Positions 36,528 through 51,610 of a stretch of 64,000 nucleotides of DNA are shown in pieces. The first letter of the stretch is position 1. Each line of letters begins with the position of its first letter. Origin of the DNA: Tubiluchus corallicola. Its lineage: Eukaryota; Animalia; Priapulida. Both the position numbers and the translations under genes were made by a program. The notes under the pieces are model-generated. The model had not been told where the DNA came from. It was given only the letters and a program-made list of their open reading frames with translations, and made no database searches. The stretch spans positions 868,001 to 932,000 of the forward strand of contig JAQGDQ010000009.1 of assembly GCA_030141605.1 (NCBI GenBank). Direction: 5' to 3'.

Positions 36528-39500
36528 ATGACGTCTCAGATTTTACAAGAATGCGAGTTGCTTTCTGATTCAAAGTACAGAAACTTCATTAGTGCAATAG
36601 AAAAATCTTTGAAAAACTTTGAAAACACCAGCGAATGGGCTGATCTGATATCTGCACTTGGAAAACTAAACAAGGTATAGCCAAACTTATACATTAAATT
36701 TTCAGATACTAGTCATGCACCCTAACTGCTAGTTTACCACTAAACAAGTATTTGCACAGTAAACATTTTGGATTAGTGAATATAATTTTTAAGATAGACA
36801 TTGTCACTTTTCGTTTCTGTGTTATGAATTTTGACATTAGACACATAATATATTTAAATTAGTTGCCAGTTTAATTGCTCTGCTCAACTAAAATTATGCA
36901 GTTTGCGTGCACTGCAAAAACAAGCAAACTGCAGTTTTCATACATCGCCTTGCTAAATGTTGGAATGAGCTGACTATGCATCCGTATTTCAGAATAACAA
37001 TATGCTGTGTAAATTGTACCAGCATTATTATTGCACAGTCAAGTGCTAGCAAGTAACATTTACCCAAAATCAATAACAAAGTATAGCTACATTACATGGT
37101 TTAGCTTAGGCAGTTAATTATTGCAAAATCATGCAAATTAAATGCAATTTTAGTTTTAGTTTAGATTATAGTTTTAAGCAACATATAAATATACACTTTT
37201 TGATTTTACTCACCCAGACAAGCTAATTTTTATATTTTTTACTAAAATTTTTGTCAGTTCATTGTGAACAACTTTCTGAAATTGCTTACTAGAGAAATTA
37301 AAAGACTGTATCAAGGGTTACTTTTGGACAATAATAATAAGTCTATGTATACAATTGCATTTACTATTTAGGTGTTACTGAATCATCCAAAGTATCAGGT
37401 AATCCCAAAACGCATAACAATTGGTAAGCGTCTAGCACAATGTCTACATCCCAATCTTCCTAGTGGTGTTCATAACAAAGCGTTGGAGACCTATGATATA
37501 ATTTTTAAATGCATCGGTGAGTGTGAAATAGTGCAATATACGTAATATTCAATACATCTGTATATGTTGTTATTCAACTCCATTTTATAAGATTGTGCTC
37601 TTAAAGTTCATTGTCATATCTTCTTTTTGTTTGTTTGTCATATTCTGTTTCTGTGATAATTTGTTTTCACTAAATGATTACATGCATTCATTTTAGCTTG
37701 TGTAAACTGAACATACTTGTATTTTGACAATCCACATGTCATATTATTCACAAATTGCAGTTGGCATCCTGAAATTTTTATATATGAGTATTGTGTGCTT
37801 TTCACAGTGTTGTTTTTATAATGCTAACAAATAATTTGATTTTCAGGCACTGCTGTTTTAGCACAGGATCTGTATATCTACAGTGCTGGTTTATTCCCAC
37901 TCATGGGATACGCAGCCATGAATGTAAAACCTTCATTGCTACAATTGTATGAATCACATTTCATTCCTGTTGGTAAATTTGCTAATGCTTTTATTCAATA
38001 TTTATTTTCCGTTATATATGTAAAGATTAAATAGTTGTAGATCAGTAGTATAGCACGTGGTTGTGAATCTTTAGGAATCAGAATGTTAATATTTGCTCAT
38101 CAAATGTTTGCCTGTGCTTAACATGTACTTTGGAGGCATGTTTAACCTAGGTGATGACAACAAAGTTTTATAATTAAAATTTATGTGAATCGTTTCGAAG
38201 TCCTTGTGTTTATCTTACTATGCCCACTTTGAGTGAATTATTTTTAGCTGAAAACCATAACAACATCATAAAGTAAAATTATACTTACAGACTCAGTGGG
38301 CCCATATATAATAATCTCGTTTTAATGCGTGACCAAACTGATTTACTTTTTTCTGTTGTTTACGAGCAGTTTCAGTTTACAAACTCACATTAATATAATG
38401 CCTGTTTTCACCTGTTTTAAAGCTGCATTTGCTGTTACTTGAAACATTGTTGCTGATGTTATTGATATTGTACAGGGCATGCATTGAGGCCGAGCTTGCA
38501 AGGACTACTCCTTGGAACGTTGCCAGGACTAGAAGAAGGGTCCGAATATTATGACAGGTATTGTCATTATAGCAAAAAATGTTTTCCCTTTTATTTATAA
38601 TAAAAGTTATATATATATATTGCAGTCTTTTCAAGTTACATTTACAGTATCATTATATTTTGACAGGGACAGTAATTTCAAGGGTAAAATATTTTAGTTA
38701 TATTTGCTTCTTATCACGTATATATGAATGACAATTAATAAAATACTGAAAATTATATTTCATTTTGCTTGTATTGTTGTATTACTATGGTCTAGATATT
38801 AACATTATAATTGTTGTCGTTAACCCCCTAGGTGTAATTTGTTTGAATTTGCTCATTGTAGAACAAACACTCTGCTGGAAAGATTTTGTAAAATAATGGA
38901 ACCCAGTTTCTTCTACGGTTGCTTTTGGGAAGTAGTGTTAACCAATCCGTCAATTCGTCTTCCAGCCATGGATTTTGTTCTTAATCATTTTAACAAAAAA
39001 CTCAATATGGATGATCAACTATACATCATAGGAAGCAACATGGAAGTATTGGTGAGTTTGTGAACTCCTGTATTTCATATTTTAATAAAATGCTTTTAAA
39101 AAAGAGATAAAATGCTTTGGAAATGCATCGTGACAATTTGAGCTTGATAAAAATTGTACTTGATAATACCAATTCAAAATAATGCCGAAGTGTGGAAGAC
39201 CATTTTAACAAATGTTTGGCAAAAAATATTCATACGAAATATCTGTATGAAAAGTGGCAGCAGGTAAAATTTTGACATGCTTTAATGATGTTTGCATTTT
39301 GACAGTAGCCTACTGTGAAGTTGCGTTACTGTAATGAAAATGGCTAATTGTTAACCAGGAGCAGAGCATTTTATCCATTGCTTTACATCAATGCCTCTTT
39401 TTTTAGGAAATTATCAAGCTATTTCATATAAAACTTAAGCTTGTATATACATGCAATCCATGCGTGTGTATATTACGCATGTGTTCGACTTACCCACAAA

Positions 39501-42500
39501 CAATACAGTAAGAGCAAAGCTTAGAAATAATATGAATTCTGAATCAGTATCATACAAGTGTGGTCTTGAGAATGCAAAATGATAATAGTAGCACTGACAA
39601 TAGCCACTGAAAATGAAGCTGAAAAAGAGAGAAGGTGACGTCAAGAAGAGGTGTGCGAGAGGGGGGAGAGAGAGAGAGGAGAGAGAGATTCATGAAAGTG
39701 TCGGGATATTTTTTACAATTTTTTTAAAACGTTATCGCTTTGTCTAATCTCAGTTAATTTTATTATTTCCAGACACAGGCTCTGTGTGAATCAGTACAAG
39801 ATTCTAATATCCTAGTCCAGCGGTCTGTCCTCGATTTTCTCATCTTTGCTTTCCCTTTGCACAGTGCTCACCTTGTTAGAACAGACTTGATTAGAATTAT
39901 TAACAGTGTGATATATGTGTTACTACGCCGCGACATGTCTCTAAACCGTCGTCTCTACACGTGGCTTCTTGGTATCGACTCCCATGGTCATGCCATCGAT
40001 ACTGGGAATTCTAACAAGGTGCACAGGCAGATGAGTTCTCAAAGCGATCCTGGTTCTTATTACTTTGAGACATATTCCAAAGACCTTCTTGTGCATGCCA
40101 TTCAACAATCTTTAGCTAATGAAGCCAGCGACGATACCGGAAATGTGAAGCCATTGCGATTACTTATCAGTCTGCTTGATAAACCGGAAGTGGGATCTAA
40201 CATACTCGAAGATGTTCTTCTCGATGTGTTTCGTTTTATGTACAGCAGATGTCAGTGTTCCGACTTGTGCGAAGTAAGAAAACGATCTCTAATTCGACAG
40301 ACTGGTAGAGAACCAAAGGACAGCATTGCTGTTGAGACAGTCAAAACGGGTAACCTGTTGTTTGGCAGTTTAGAACCATGGTTCATATGGGACTTTATTG
40401 TAAAAGTATTTGAATCTGCAGTTGAGTTTAGTTTCAAGAACTTCTCTACAGTTGAGACGTCAGACATTTACGAATCAAGGACTAGGTTGGAAGAGCTTTG
40501 TGCTTTGATAGAATTCTTACTTGATATTTATACGTTGGTAAGTAATAACGATAATAATGTACTAAAGAAAATCTTTTCAGTGTAAAAACTTTTCAGTTTT
40601 GTAATAGCAAAAATGTATTAATTTTCAGTTTATAGTTTTGTTATCAGGATGTGTGAAAAAGTCATTTTTATCTACTTTTGAACTAGCAAATCTATTTAGG
40701 ATTTCCTTTTAAATTGTAATTTACATTTTTGATTTCATTGTGGATTTATTCCCTTAATTTCTGATGCAAACTAGTGATGTATGCAGGTATTTGTTCTTGT
40801 TGTGCTTATCTAACAACTTTACGATAATGAAGATACTTTTCTGATTTAGGAAACTTATACAGAGACTCAGACACGACACCTTCCCAACATGTTGCACAAA
40901 ATTACCAGAGCTACGATTAGCTTGTGTGGGCGGCACACTGAAGGTGAACTCATGGCATTTCTTACACTGTGCTCTAAGATTCTCAGTAAGATTGTCCCAT
41001 CAGTGCTTAGTGATGGGAAAGATGAAAAAGATGGGAAAGATTCTGAGACACTCGCTACAGATTTTGCTGGCGATCATCCTTCGTGCCTTCTTGTACGTGT
41101 ACATAATTTTCACTTATGTAAATGTATTATTTAATCTAAGTATAATATTATTCTAGTATTATTTTAGTATTTTTGCAGAATACTGAAATGTTGTTTAGGG
41201 TGTTTTTACTAAAGCTCAAGAAGATCCTTTACTTATAAAAAGCTGAAAAGTCCTCTTGAAATTTTGTGTGGCCTAGATATTGTCTTATTATATACAGACC
41301 TTGTATTAGCTGCAATGCTGCATAAATCTTGAAAATTTAAACGCCTGCATTGACCATTGAGTGCAGCCATTTTGACGGTAGGTTATTTGAAACATTTTCC
41401 TCAACATTGCATAAAGTTCATTGCATAACATTGCAACATTGCTCACACTTCACTAGCTAAACAAAAGTACAAATTACTGTATCTTGTTAATAAGATTAAA
41501 AATGAGTTTTTTGGTGAGCCAGTGGTTCACACTTGGAAAGTGAGCCAGTGACGTTTTACCAGTTGGCGTGAACTTCTTAAATTATTAAGAATTTGCTTTT
41601 CTTTTTACATAAGTCTTTCAAGCACGTAAGCATAATGCTAAGTAATATAACTTCGTGCGAAAAGTCTTTTGGGGCATACTTTAAAATTGCCTTTTGTTCC
41701 TCCTTTCTTTCGCATTTTTTTCTAAGACAGATGAAAAATATATGTATGTTTGTTGCAGACAACTCAGTCTGGTGATGACAAAGCAAAGGACACTACTGTA
41801 CAACATGACGCTGGCGATTTTGATGAACCAAATACAGATTGCTATATAGCTTCTGATTCTGCTTGCATTTCTCCTGCTTCTCCACTTTTAGAATCTACAA
41901 GTACGAGTTATTAAGCTACTTATTTCACATTCATGAAATGGATTTTGCTGAGTACCTAGCTAGTCGCATTTACTATTGTACTACTATAATTAGTAAGCAA
42001 ACTGATTAAAAATGAGAATTAAAACTTAAAGCACTTTTATGCAAAGTTGTAATAGATATATTTTTATATTAGATTCCGATGAGTTATGACATTAAAATTA
42101 ATAAGAATCTGCCAGAACACGTAATTTTAAAACTTTTTGTTTTGTTGAAGAGAAATTGTGAAAAAGAGAAAGAATGATGTGATGTAAGGAAGCATCTTTA
42201 TCTCTTCCATATTATCTTACCTTGCCGACGATTGCACCCAGAATTTGCTTTATTTCTCTTGGTTAAAGTTTTCATTTGCATTTTCTTCTGATTAATTAGA
42301 GCCCTGTCTTAAAGTAATGCTATTGAATTCTAAATTCTTTTTGCTTGTAGGTGCCTCGTTGTCGCTGGAAAATGTTGCTGCAACTCCAAGCAGTAACTTG
42401 GCAGACTCTGGTCATTTTGGCGATGAAATGTCGCCGAGTAATAGTGCAATTGATGACTTTACTTCCCAGGAGCATCTGTCAAAGAGTACAAATTGCTTGA

Positions 42501-45500
42501 AACAGAACATTAGGTAATTTGTGGTGAATTATTTGCAATAGATTTATCTATTTTATAAGTCATTAAATGGTAATGGAATGGTACTGCACAAGTAAAACAA
42601 AATGTGTTGATGATGATGCTGATGACTGCAACAACAATGGTAATAATGTACATATATGCAAACATGCCCAATATTTTGCGTTATTTAGTTTGGAATCAGT
42701 GTTGTTTCAAAGTATTTTGTGTCTAGTGTTCCAGAAGTGGAGTGCAACACATCTCATGCGATGGGACGAACACTAATGCAGGCATGCGTTGAGACATTTC
42801 AAGAATTTTTTACAGTGCTGGTAAATCGTTGTCTTTTATCAGAGTTGGGATGTGTTAACAAGGGTTACAGTGCCTTAATAAAGCAACAGCATAACACTGA
42901 TGAGCAGGAATGTAAGTAAATATCACACTTGAAATCCTTGTTTGAACAAGTTGAACTTCAAATTGTGAGATGCTTCTTAGTAGTGGTTAAGACAGTGATC
43001 TGCTGACATTGCTGTTTCTCAATTCATGGATTAGTCGGTTTTACGACACCCTGATGAGCTTCATTTTTAAGATAATTGGGGTATTCATAGCCCGTTTTGG
43101 GGTCAACTCCTGTTATCTTTACCGGTTAATTAAGTTTTTTTACTAGCACCACATTCTTTATATAAAGTTTTGAAATTAATCTTGCTACATTAAATAAAAA
43201 AATTCCTGTCACTTGTTTATGGTGCTGGTTTGAAGGGCGAATCGTCGTAGGAGTAAATACTCAATACCCCAGAAATGTTGCTTCATTACACTAGATGTTT
43301 CATACACACCTATTAATTTTAATAATATTTAGACAATAGGTGGTATGCATCATGTTGGTCTTGGAGTTGAATGTCACCTGCTGCCAATTTAATTACTCCT
43401 AAAATGATTGCCTATAGAATTTGCTGTTCATTTCAAACCCACTTTAGCAAGCTGTTTACTAGGCTGAAGAGAAACCTTCAAAAAATGTTTAAGAATAGAA
43501 AAAATTAATTATTTTAAGTAAAAAATATTTTTACAGTAATTTAGTAGATCATAATACTTGTAGTCCTTATTAATTGTAAGCTTATACACTTGAGATTTAT
43601 GATCGATAAAGTCAGCAAATATTAACATATATCATTAACTGATTAGATGAAAAATTCAAACCTAAAAAAAATAAGGGGACAAAAACAAAATGATTATATC
43701 GTATTTGGTCATTGAATATGTCACAATGAACAATACAATCATCCACTGACAAATGGTCCTCATGGCTTCTAATTTCCCTGTTTGTGACAGATAACATTTA
43801 CTAAAGTAAAGCTTCATTTTTCTCTTACTTTTTTTGCGTTATTTTCATGTAATAAGCTTGGCAAAATTTACATGCTTATAACTATTATTCATACGAAATA
43901 AACCAGATTTGCTTTCTAAATCAAAAATGGGGTACACCATATTCCCTACTAATAGTTTTTGTCTTGAGTGGATTTTCTTATATCCCTCACAAATATATAA
44001 CATTACTGTGAACAGTTTGAGAAAGCAACTTTACCTTAGGGAACAAAAACAAAAACAAAGAACTTAAAATTGCAAAATTTGCGTTTGCTTTAACTACATA
44101 CCAGCACGAAAGGTAGCATCTGGCATCTGAAATCGCATTATATTTTATTAAAATATGCATTTCACAATCAGTTTTTGCGACAATTGTGCTGACCTCACAC
44201 GTTAAGGAAAACCGTTTGCATGCTAGGCAAACAGGCTGCTTAACAAAGAGATTACATGCTTTCTCGATGAAATTGTCGGTAGCGTAAAAAAGAATATGTA
44301 AGCATATGTAGGCTAAATGTAAGCATTTTTACTCTCAGATGATGCTGTGTTTTTGCTTGACAAAATTGAGATGTCACCTGAACAACGACACATGTCAGGA
44401 GTGTTTTCCTTAGCTTGTCAACTTTTACTGGAATTTTCCTGTTTTCCTGTGTACTGCAAGCAGCATCCAAACATATTTGGAAATACCGCTGGAAGTGATG
44501 CTGTAAACCAGTTTGGTAATTAATTAAATGTTATTGTAAAACTTAACACAAATATATGAAGTGGTTTTATCAAGTTGATTATATTTTTTTGTCCTTGCTT
44601 GATAACTAATTCTTTGGAATTGGTGCTGTCAAGTGTCAGTGCTGTTTTTCATCGCTGATTTCTTTACATGTTGGTGATCAGTATCAGACATCTGAGCTAA
44701 AGTAATTTTAGAATTCTTGACAAAATGTTAAAACTTTCTTCTTTAAAACTTTTTAAAAAAATCATCTACAAATTTTAGCATATACTATATACAGTTAATA
44801 CCTTAAAGTTCTTAAACTTCATCGCTAGTTTTTCACTATATACCAGTATCATTTATGTGACGGAGATCTTTGTTAATCAATAATATGTATTAAACGTGCT
44901 TGTTATGCTTTGAACAGACTAAAGCTTATAACTGATTGATAAATGGTAGCTAATCAAAATTAAATCAATATTATTGCACATAAATTTCAGGATCTGACAA
45001 AGTGCATCTACCTGAATGGTTGCGGATTTTGTTAGTGCTTAGCTGTTTTGTGGAAGATTTCATTTTTCAATCTACTGCTGTACATACTGTCTTAGAATTA
45101 ATCAGGTCAGTCTATAACTATTTGTAGGGATAAGTCAATTTGTAAACATTTGGTAACTTGTTTTATCATCATTTATCTTATAACATACTAATCGTATTAT
45201 TGACGGAATAACGTCATGCTATATCATGCGTTTGCGTTGCTTCCTTTAGTTGGATATCTTGCCTTACCAAATTTCTAACCCAGATTTATTTCACAGTTTA
45301 TCAAAGTCTATTCACGACCAGCACAAGATGGCGTCCGCACAGCAGGAAGCACCTAGCTCACCTCAAGGAACAGTGACGGTGTTAATTATTCCTATTTTGA
45401 CAGTGGATGACCTTACGTACATCAGTGAACGCACAAATTATTTCAAGGTATTGTAATGCCTTTGATTTACACTTTAGTTTTTGTTTATTTTTGTGACACT

Positions 45501-48500
45501 GCCTGTCGTTTATGTTTTGACCATTTGAGAAAGTTTAACAAGCATCTGAAATATTGGGTATATAGTACGTGTGTTTTAATGTGTTTTTGTGACTGGCTCA
45601 TTATTGTAATATTTTTAATTGTGAGAACTTATAGAAATTTTTGTTATTATACTTTTTATCTTAAAAATAGTGCAAAACTATTGCAAAACACCAGTTATTT
45701 TTTGTTATTCTTTTCAGTTACTGTAATTAGCACTGAAAAAATTTCACTCTGGACCATAAACGTGCACTAATTATCACTGAGCATATTTAAACTTTTTTCA
45801 ACTAATATGTTACCACATAGTAGACTGTCAATTATGCAAACTTTTTAAACAACGAATTTTCCAAAGCTGAGTTGTAATTGGGTAACTTTAAATTATCTCT
45901 TAAGTTTCATGTAACTTATTGAGCTCTCCATTTGAGATACTTGACTTTGAAGTACTTCAGCTTTTAAACCTAACTTGTATAAACAGGCATGAAATTGTTA
46001 GTCTTACATTCCTATGTGGAACATGTATATCCGATGGGATTATAGTTTTAAATCATGGGTGTGCAAGAAAGAGTTTGTTAGCTTCGCATATTGATTACAC
46101 CTACAGTCAGTTGCTTTTTTCGTAACACACACTGTCGCTTCAGAATTTGTGATGCTGGCAATGTCTTTCTTGCGCACAGGCAGTATTTCTATGGGTGGGG
46201 CATGTAAAATTTGGATAATAAAAAGTTCTACCAGACACACAATTGAGATAAATGGCGAAACTATTACAAGTTAGTTATAGTCCTAAAAACAATTTCTAAT
46301 TGCATCATTTGGCACGTTCACTTTCTAGATTGTGGCTGGCAACCTGTGGTCTTGGCTTGACAGTAGTTACCCAGACCACCACCAGAAGGCAGTTGATTTG
46401 TTTCAGCAGTTGCACAACTTGGCGCAGTCAACGGACATCTGTGAAGACATTGTAGGAGAATCATTAATTGAGTCTGATCAGGTATTAGTTAATTATATTG
46501 TTATGCTAACAACAGTGTTGTGAATCTGGCTTTCTGTGTGAATGTGCAGTCTTAATTTTGCTATTTCGGTGTGCTAAATGTGTTGCAACTTAATTGGAAC
46601 ATCTTTGGAAATTGATTTTAATTGAAATAATAAGTAGTTAATGAAAAGTTTTGAGAAGTAACAGCCGGATATGTAGAGATTTCGCTGCTGCCATTTCCCT
46701 GCTGGCAAAATATGAAAACAAAAATATGTTTTTGCATATTTTCATACATATGTGTACATATGTATTTTCCTACATATTAGTATTTAGTTTCAAATAAACT
46801 AAATAAATAAAATATATGCTTTTAGTGCAAAAGGTCTGGAAAATATTACCAAACTAGTGGGTGTTGATATTGCTGTAGAATTGTTCTTTTTCATCTAAGA
46901 CTAAGTATGATTTTGAGATCCAAGTTTTGCTAAGTTTGTGTTATGTTGTCTTTCAGCAAAAATGTATAGAATCATTCAAAAAATTCATCATTCTGTGGCA
47001 TCTGACTAGCGAGCTTCACTCCCAAGGTCGTTCAGGAAGCCATGTAAAAACATTTGACAGGTAAAGACTTTGCATTCAGAAATAATATTAGGCTTGTTAA
47101 TGAAGTTTGATTTTGCAAGTTTAAAGTTACGTGAAAGATCTTGCAAAAGAATGAGATTTAATAGTGAAGGAATTGCTATACTGTCTTATTACCATACATC
47201 ATAATACAAAAACATAGTGTAACTCAATCTATTATGCTTTAAAGGAACTCCTAAGATCTAAGTATTTCTTGCATCTAATGTGATTGTAAAATTTTCTTTA
47301 GGTCTTGGCATCTAAAATGTTATTTCTTATTTTCTAATAAATTTATTACTTGAAATAATTATGACTTTATTCTTATATTTTTGTTTCATTCATTTGTTTG
47401 CCATTTGTTTGTTCATATGATGGACGAGTTTATGCTGTTCATCCATCCTTCATTTAATGTTTGTTCATTTGTTATTGTAATCTTTTGTAACGGTTCTCTT
47501 CCACCATCGTTTTGTAGTACATTGCGTTGGTAAAAATACACTGAACTGCAGGTTTAGGGTTCAAGTCTGTTTATTTTAAGATAAATCACTTCTGTTTTAA
47601 CTGTTCCAACCATAACACTTGAACCAAGGAGATGTGAACAATAAGAGTTAACCTTTTCCAATTAGCCAAATTTTAAAGCAGTTTAAATCCTGCTTCACCA
47701 AAGACACTGTGCATGAAAGACAGTGACTGCCCGAAAGTTACTGCCTCTGTGTCAGATATTTTGTTACCCTTTTTCAACAGCAACACGGAATCAGGAAGCT
47801 TTTTTAACTAGACGACATTTATGAGGTACCGCTTGGTACAAGTCATTACTAAGCCAATGTCCTAGTGGTGAGAGCCAATGTCTTAGTGGCGAGAGTTTGT
47901 ACAAACAAGATGCGGGAAATACTTCAGAAAAAAAACAGAGAAATCAATAACCCTATAACACATTTATTTGTTTACTTTGTTAAATTTGTTAAAAGTTTCT
48001 ATATGCCCTATTCTCTTGCAGGGCAATGTTTCTAGCATTGGACAGAATGCAGAACAGTACAGGAGCAGTTCGCAGCATGGTCGAACAATGGATTGTTCAC
48101 ATCCTCAAACAGGGAGATCTTGCTAGACTTATAGAACCATTACTACTCATATTGCTTCATCCCGATACAGCTAGAGTGTCCGTACAACACGTTACCATTG
48201 CTAAGCCAAAAACGGTATGTTCACCACAAAACAGCATAACAGCTTTCGTTTAAGTTAGCTAGACAAAAATGAATGTTAAAAATGTGAGTTTATAGCTTTT
48301 GGCGAATATGCCAAGTATTGAATGATAAAGTAAGATATAAGTTCGGCCATCTTGCTTCCCAGTGACATTTTAGATATGATTGATAAAACTGCAAACTGTG
48401 CTGCAATGAGCAATGGTATCTTATTTAATAAAGTATCAACAATTTTTATTATTAGGTCAGATTGGCTGAGGCTGGTGATGTAAATGATCAGGAAGCAAAG

Positions 48501-51500
48501 ATTTATGCAATTAGCAGTGAGAATGGTAATGTGATCTATCATGTTAGCAGAGATTCGCCTAAACATTCCAATCATAAGAAGCAGGACCAAGAAATGGTAA
48601 GCTTGTTTACAAAAATGGCTATCATTTTCAGCTGAATAGTCATCACTAACTTACTTATTTTTAGGAAATGGTATCTGGCGTGTACTCCTTACTGTGCAGG
48701 AGTGCTTGGTTGAAACAGTTAGCTAAGTGGTAATGGTGTGTGCAATTGGTTATGGGCAATTTCTTTCAATATTTTTCTGGTTAAACGAAGGTTTACGGGA
48801 AGACTTGAGCAAGGCATCCCAGCCACTCCGGTGTCTCATTTCACTGCACGGTTAGCCTTGATTATAAGCTTGGTTGTGGTCTTCCTTCTAGTCTACCACA
48901 CCAATTTGCAATGTGCCGACATCTACATAAAAAGTAATGTAATAATACAGGAAAAGTTTGTATAAAAGGTATCGAACGTGTTCAAGATGACATAGAAACT
49001 GTGAGCAATAACTGTCAGCAATGTAGGTTTCTAATGTCTAAATATATGGCATGTAGCCTTTATAGGGTGTTATATGATGCACGTCTGTGTAAATCTGTCG
49101 ATGCGTATTGATAGGATGGAGAATTATACTGGTAAGGCTATCTTCATTGGGGTTATAGAGGAAGTAATTTAGATGCCTGTTTGATTATTTTGTATGGGTT
49201 TTCAAGTTTTTATTTCTTCAGCAACTGTCGAAAGTTTTGACACACTTTTTACAGATTTTTATATCTTGTTTTATTAAAACTTCGTTTGCTGCCTGTTGAT
49301 AGCACATTGGAGAAATCTGTAAATAACTATATTTATACTTTTAGTTTGACCGTTGCTGCAGCAAGTCGAGCTTAATGTCATCCAGTTCACTTGTTTTTGA
49401 ACCACCGTTCCTCACTCGGTTGGAGGCTGAACCCTATAACATTTTACTAATGAAGGAAATGCATCCCTTTATTTCACCTCCCATGCAAAAGGAAGGAAGC
49501 TATTTTGATGAGTTTAGTTTGAGAGGCGGGTCAGAAGATAGGTCCTCTAAAGGTTCACCGATCAACACAGTTAGTGCTTCTGTGAGTAAAAGCGAGAAAA
49601 TTTCCGATGAAATTGCATCCGTTCAAAGCGGGGAATCAGAAAAGTCGTCAAAATCGGAAAACTCGGACAGTAAACTCTGTTTGCTTTCTAGCGATAATGA
49701 TAGCAACAATGTTGTTGCTATGGTTACTGCGATCATTAATGACATTATCAGTGATATTGTGCCAGATGATGGTTTTGATGCCCTTTTGCATCAGGACCAG
49801 ATTTCGTCGGTGGACATTAATAATGATTTGGGTGCTAATCAGGAAACCGATCAGCATAAGAATATTCCATTTTCTGTGGACCAGCTTGTACACGATGTAC
49901 ACACTCATATGTTGCTGTACAGACAAATATTCGATTCCCGTCGATGTCTCTATGCATTGCACACAATTCGCTCAATTCTACAGGTAAACCGTAGAGTTGC
50001 TGTCTGCACTTTAACAACAACTAGCCTCAGCGACTCACACACTCCGTATTATACAAGTGTTTTGAGCTTGTTAGCTCGTCACAAACGCTGTTTGTTTGGC
50101 AACAATTTCTACGGAGAGCTCGGAAATGACGTCACGTCTAGTTTTCGCAGTCACCGATACTTGGAAGTCATTATATCTTTGTGTTTGTACTTTGCAAGAG
50201 GTTTTTACCCAAATCTTGCAATGAGCAATGTTACATTTGATGACATACAAGGAAATAAGACTGTGCATCTTTTGGCGATTGAAGTCTTGGAGATAATTAT
50301 AGCTGAACTGGCTAGCATAGCACAAGATGGTGGAAAAGGATTTGCCTCGTACATCCGTGATTTATTATTCAAGTGTAAACTACAGAAGACTATATTGCAT
50401 TGCTTAGTTTCCGCCATTTATGATATGCGGTGGAGAAGTAGTGAGTCAAATGATAACAGTCAGAGTTTAACCGAAGCGGTGGTGAATTTTAATTACGATG
50501 ACACGGGTGACGAAAGTCTTTTCGAAGCTTACGTGATTCGCTTGCTAAAGCTCGTTTCATCTTTAATAAAACTGGAAGCCATGATTTCCATCTGGCACGT
50601 AGACAGTACAGCAGAAATTGATAAATCTCGTGTCAAGTTTGAACACAGATCTGCTAGTCTTAAATATATTCCCAAAGATCCAGTAGCTCAGCAAAAGATG
50701 CTGCTCACTTCTGTGTTGAGTGCATTGAAGCAGCAGCATAAGTGTCATATGCACATGTACTGGGTAATGATAGTAACTAAATCGTTACCATATTTGGGCA
50801 AGTCGCTGGCAAACATCACTATGGCTTCCGTGAATCAGCTGTGCAAAAATCTAGAAATTTTAAGTCTAGTCTACACGCACAAAATTCATGCTGTCAAGTA
50901 AGTCTTCTTTATTATCGTCTGACACAATTTATAATGCAAAAACGCTAATACTACAAGTTATGTTAATTGTTGAATGAATTTCAAGTAGTATCTTAAATTA
51001 GAACGGCTGTGCATTTTTATTTTTTGTAGAAGAGATCTGTGGCTAGATCTGCATCTGAACACAGGATCGTTGACATACGTGTACACTACCCTTAACCAAT
51101 ACTTTAAGCAGCTGATTTTCTTAACATTGACATCGACATTATGTTCTAACTTTATCATACTTTCATTTAGCTTTTTATATCACAATTTGATTTTTGGTTG
51201 ACTTGTTCAGGTAATGAACAGGTACTTATATCAATTTTGGCGCTTTTAGACGTTTTAATTAGTTAGGAAAATAACAATCTATAATGACTAACTTTTATTA
51301 TTATTGCTGCAGGGCAAAGAATAAACCTCGTTCCATTCCATCTGATCATGTTCTGAGCTTATTTGATGGCATTACAACGATTTGTCACTATTGCCTGTTG
51401 GAGACGCCATCTGGAGGTCTTACGATACACTGGGACAGTCCAACTGCTGGACAGATTTTAAACAATTTAATCAATGCATTTGCTGTCTTATACCCTAGTA

Positions 51501-51536
51501 AAGTATGTAAAAATACTTGTATATCCTAGTAAAGTA

Positions 51537-51610
<74 letters not shown>

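Noticed and set aside
47852-47893. Direct repeats as a possible CRISPR-like array (also short tandem pairs at 521-544 and 1681-1700)
   Set aside because: Only two adjacent units, no spacers, eukaryotic context, no cas genes.
49714-49727. X-box-like GTTGCTATGGTTAC inside the large DOP1 exon (and GATGCCATGGTTAC at 58224-58237)
   Set aside because: The first is explained by the codons for V-A-M-V-T, and neither has companion motifs or promoter context. They show that X-box matches can arise by chance.
49607-50754. Several overlapping and antisense ORFs within the 1.55-kb DOP1 exon
   Set aside because: Short by-products of a long coding exon; no recognisable motifs or splice context.
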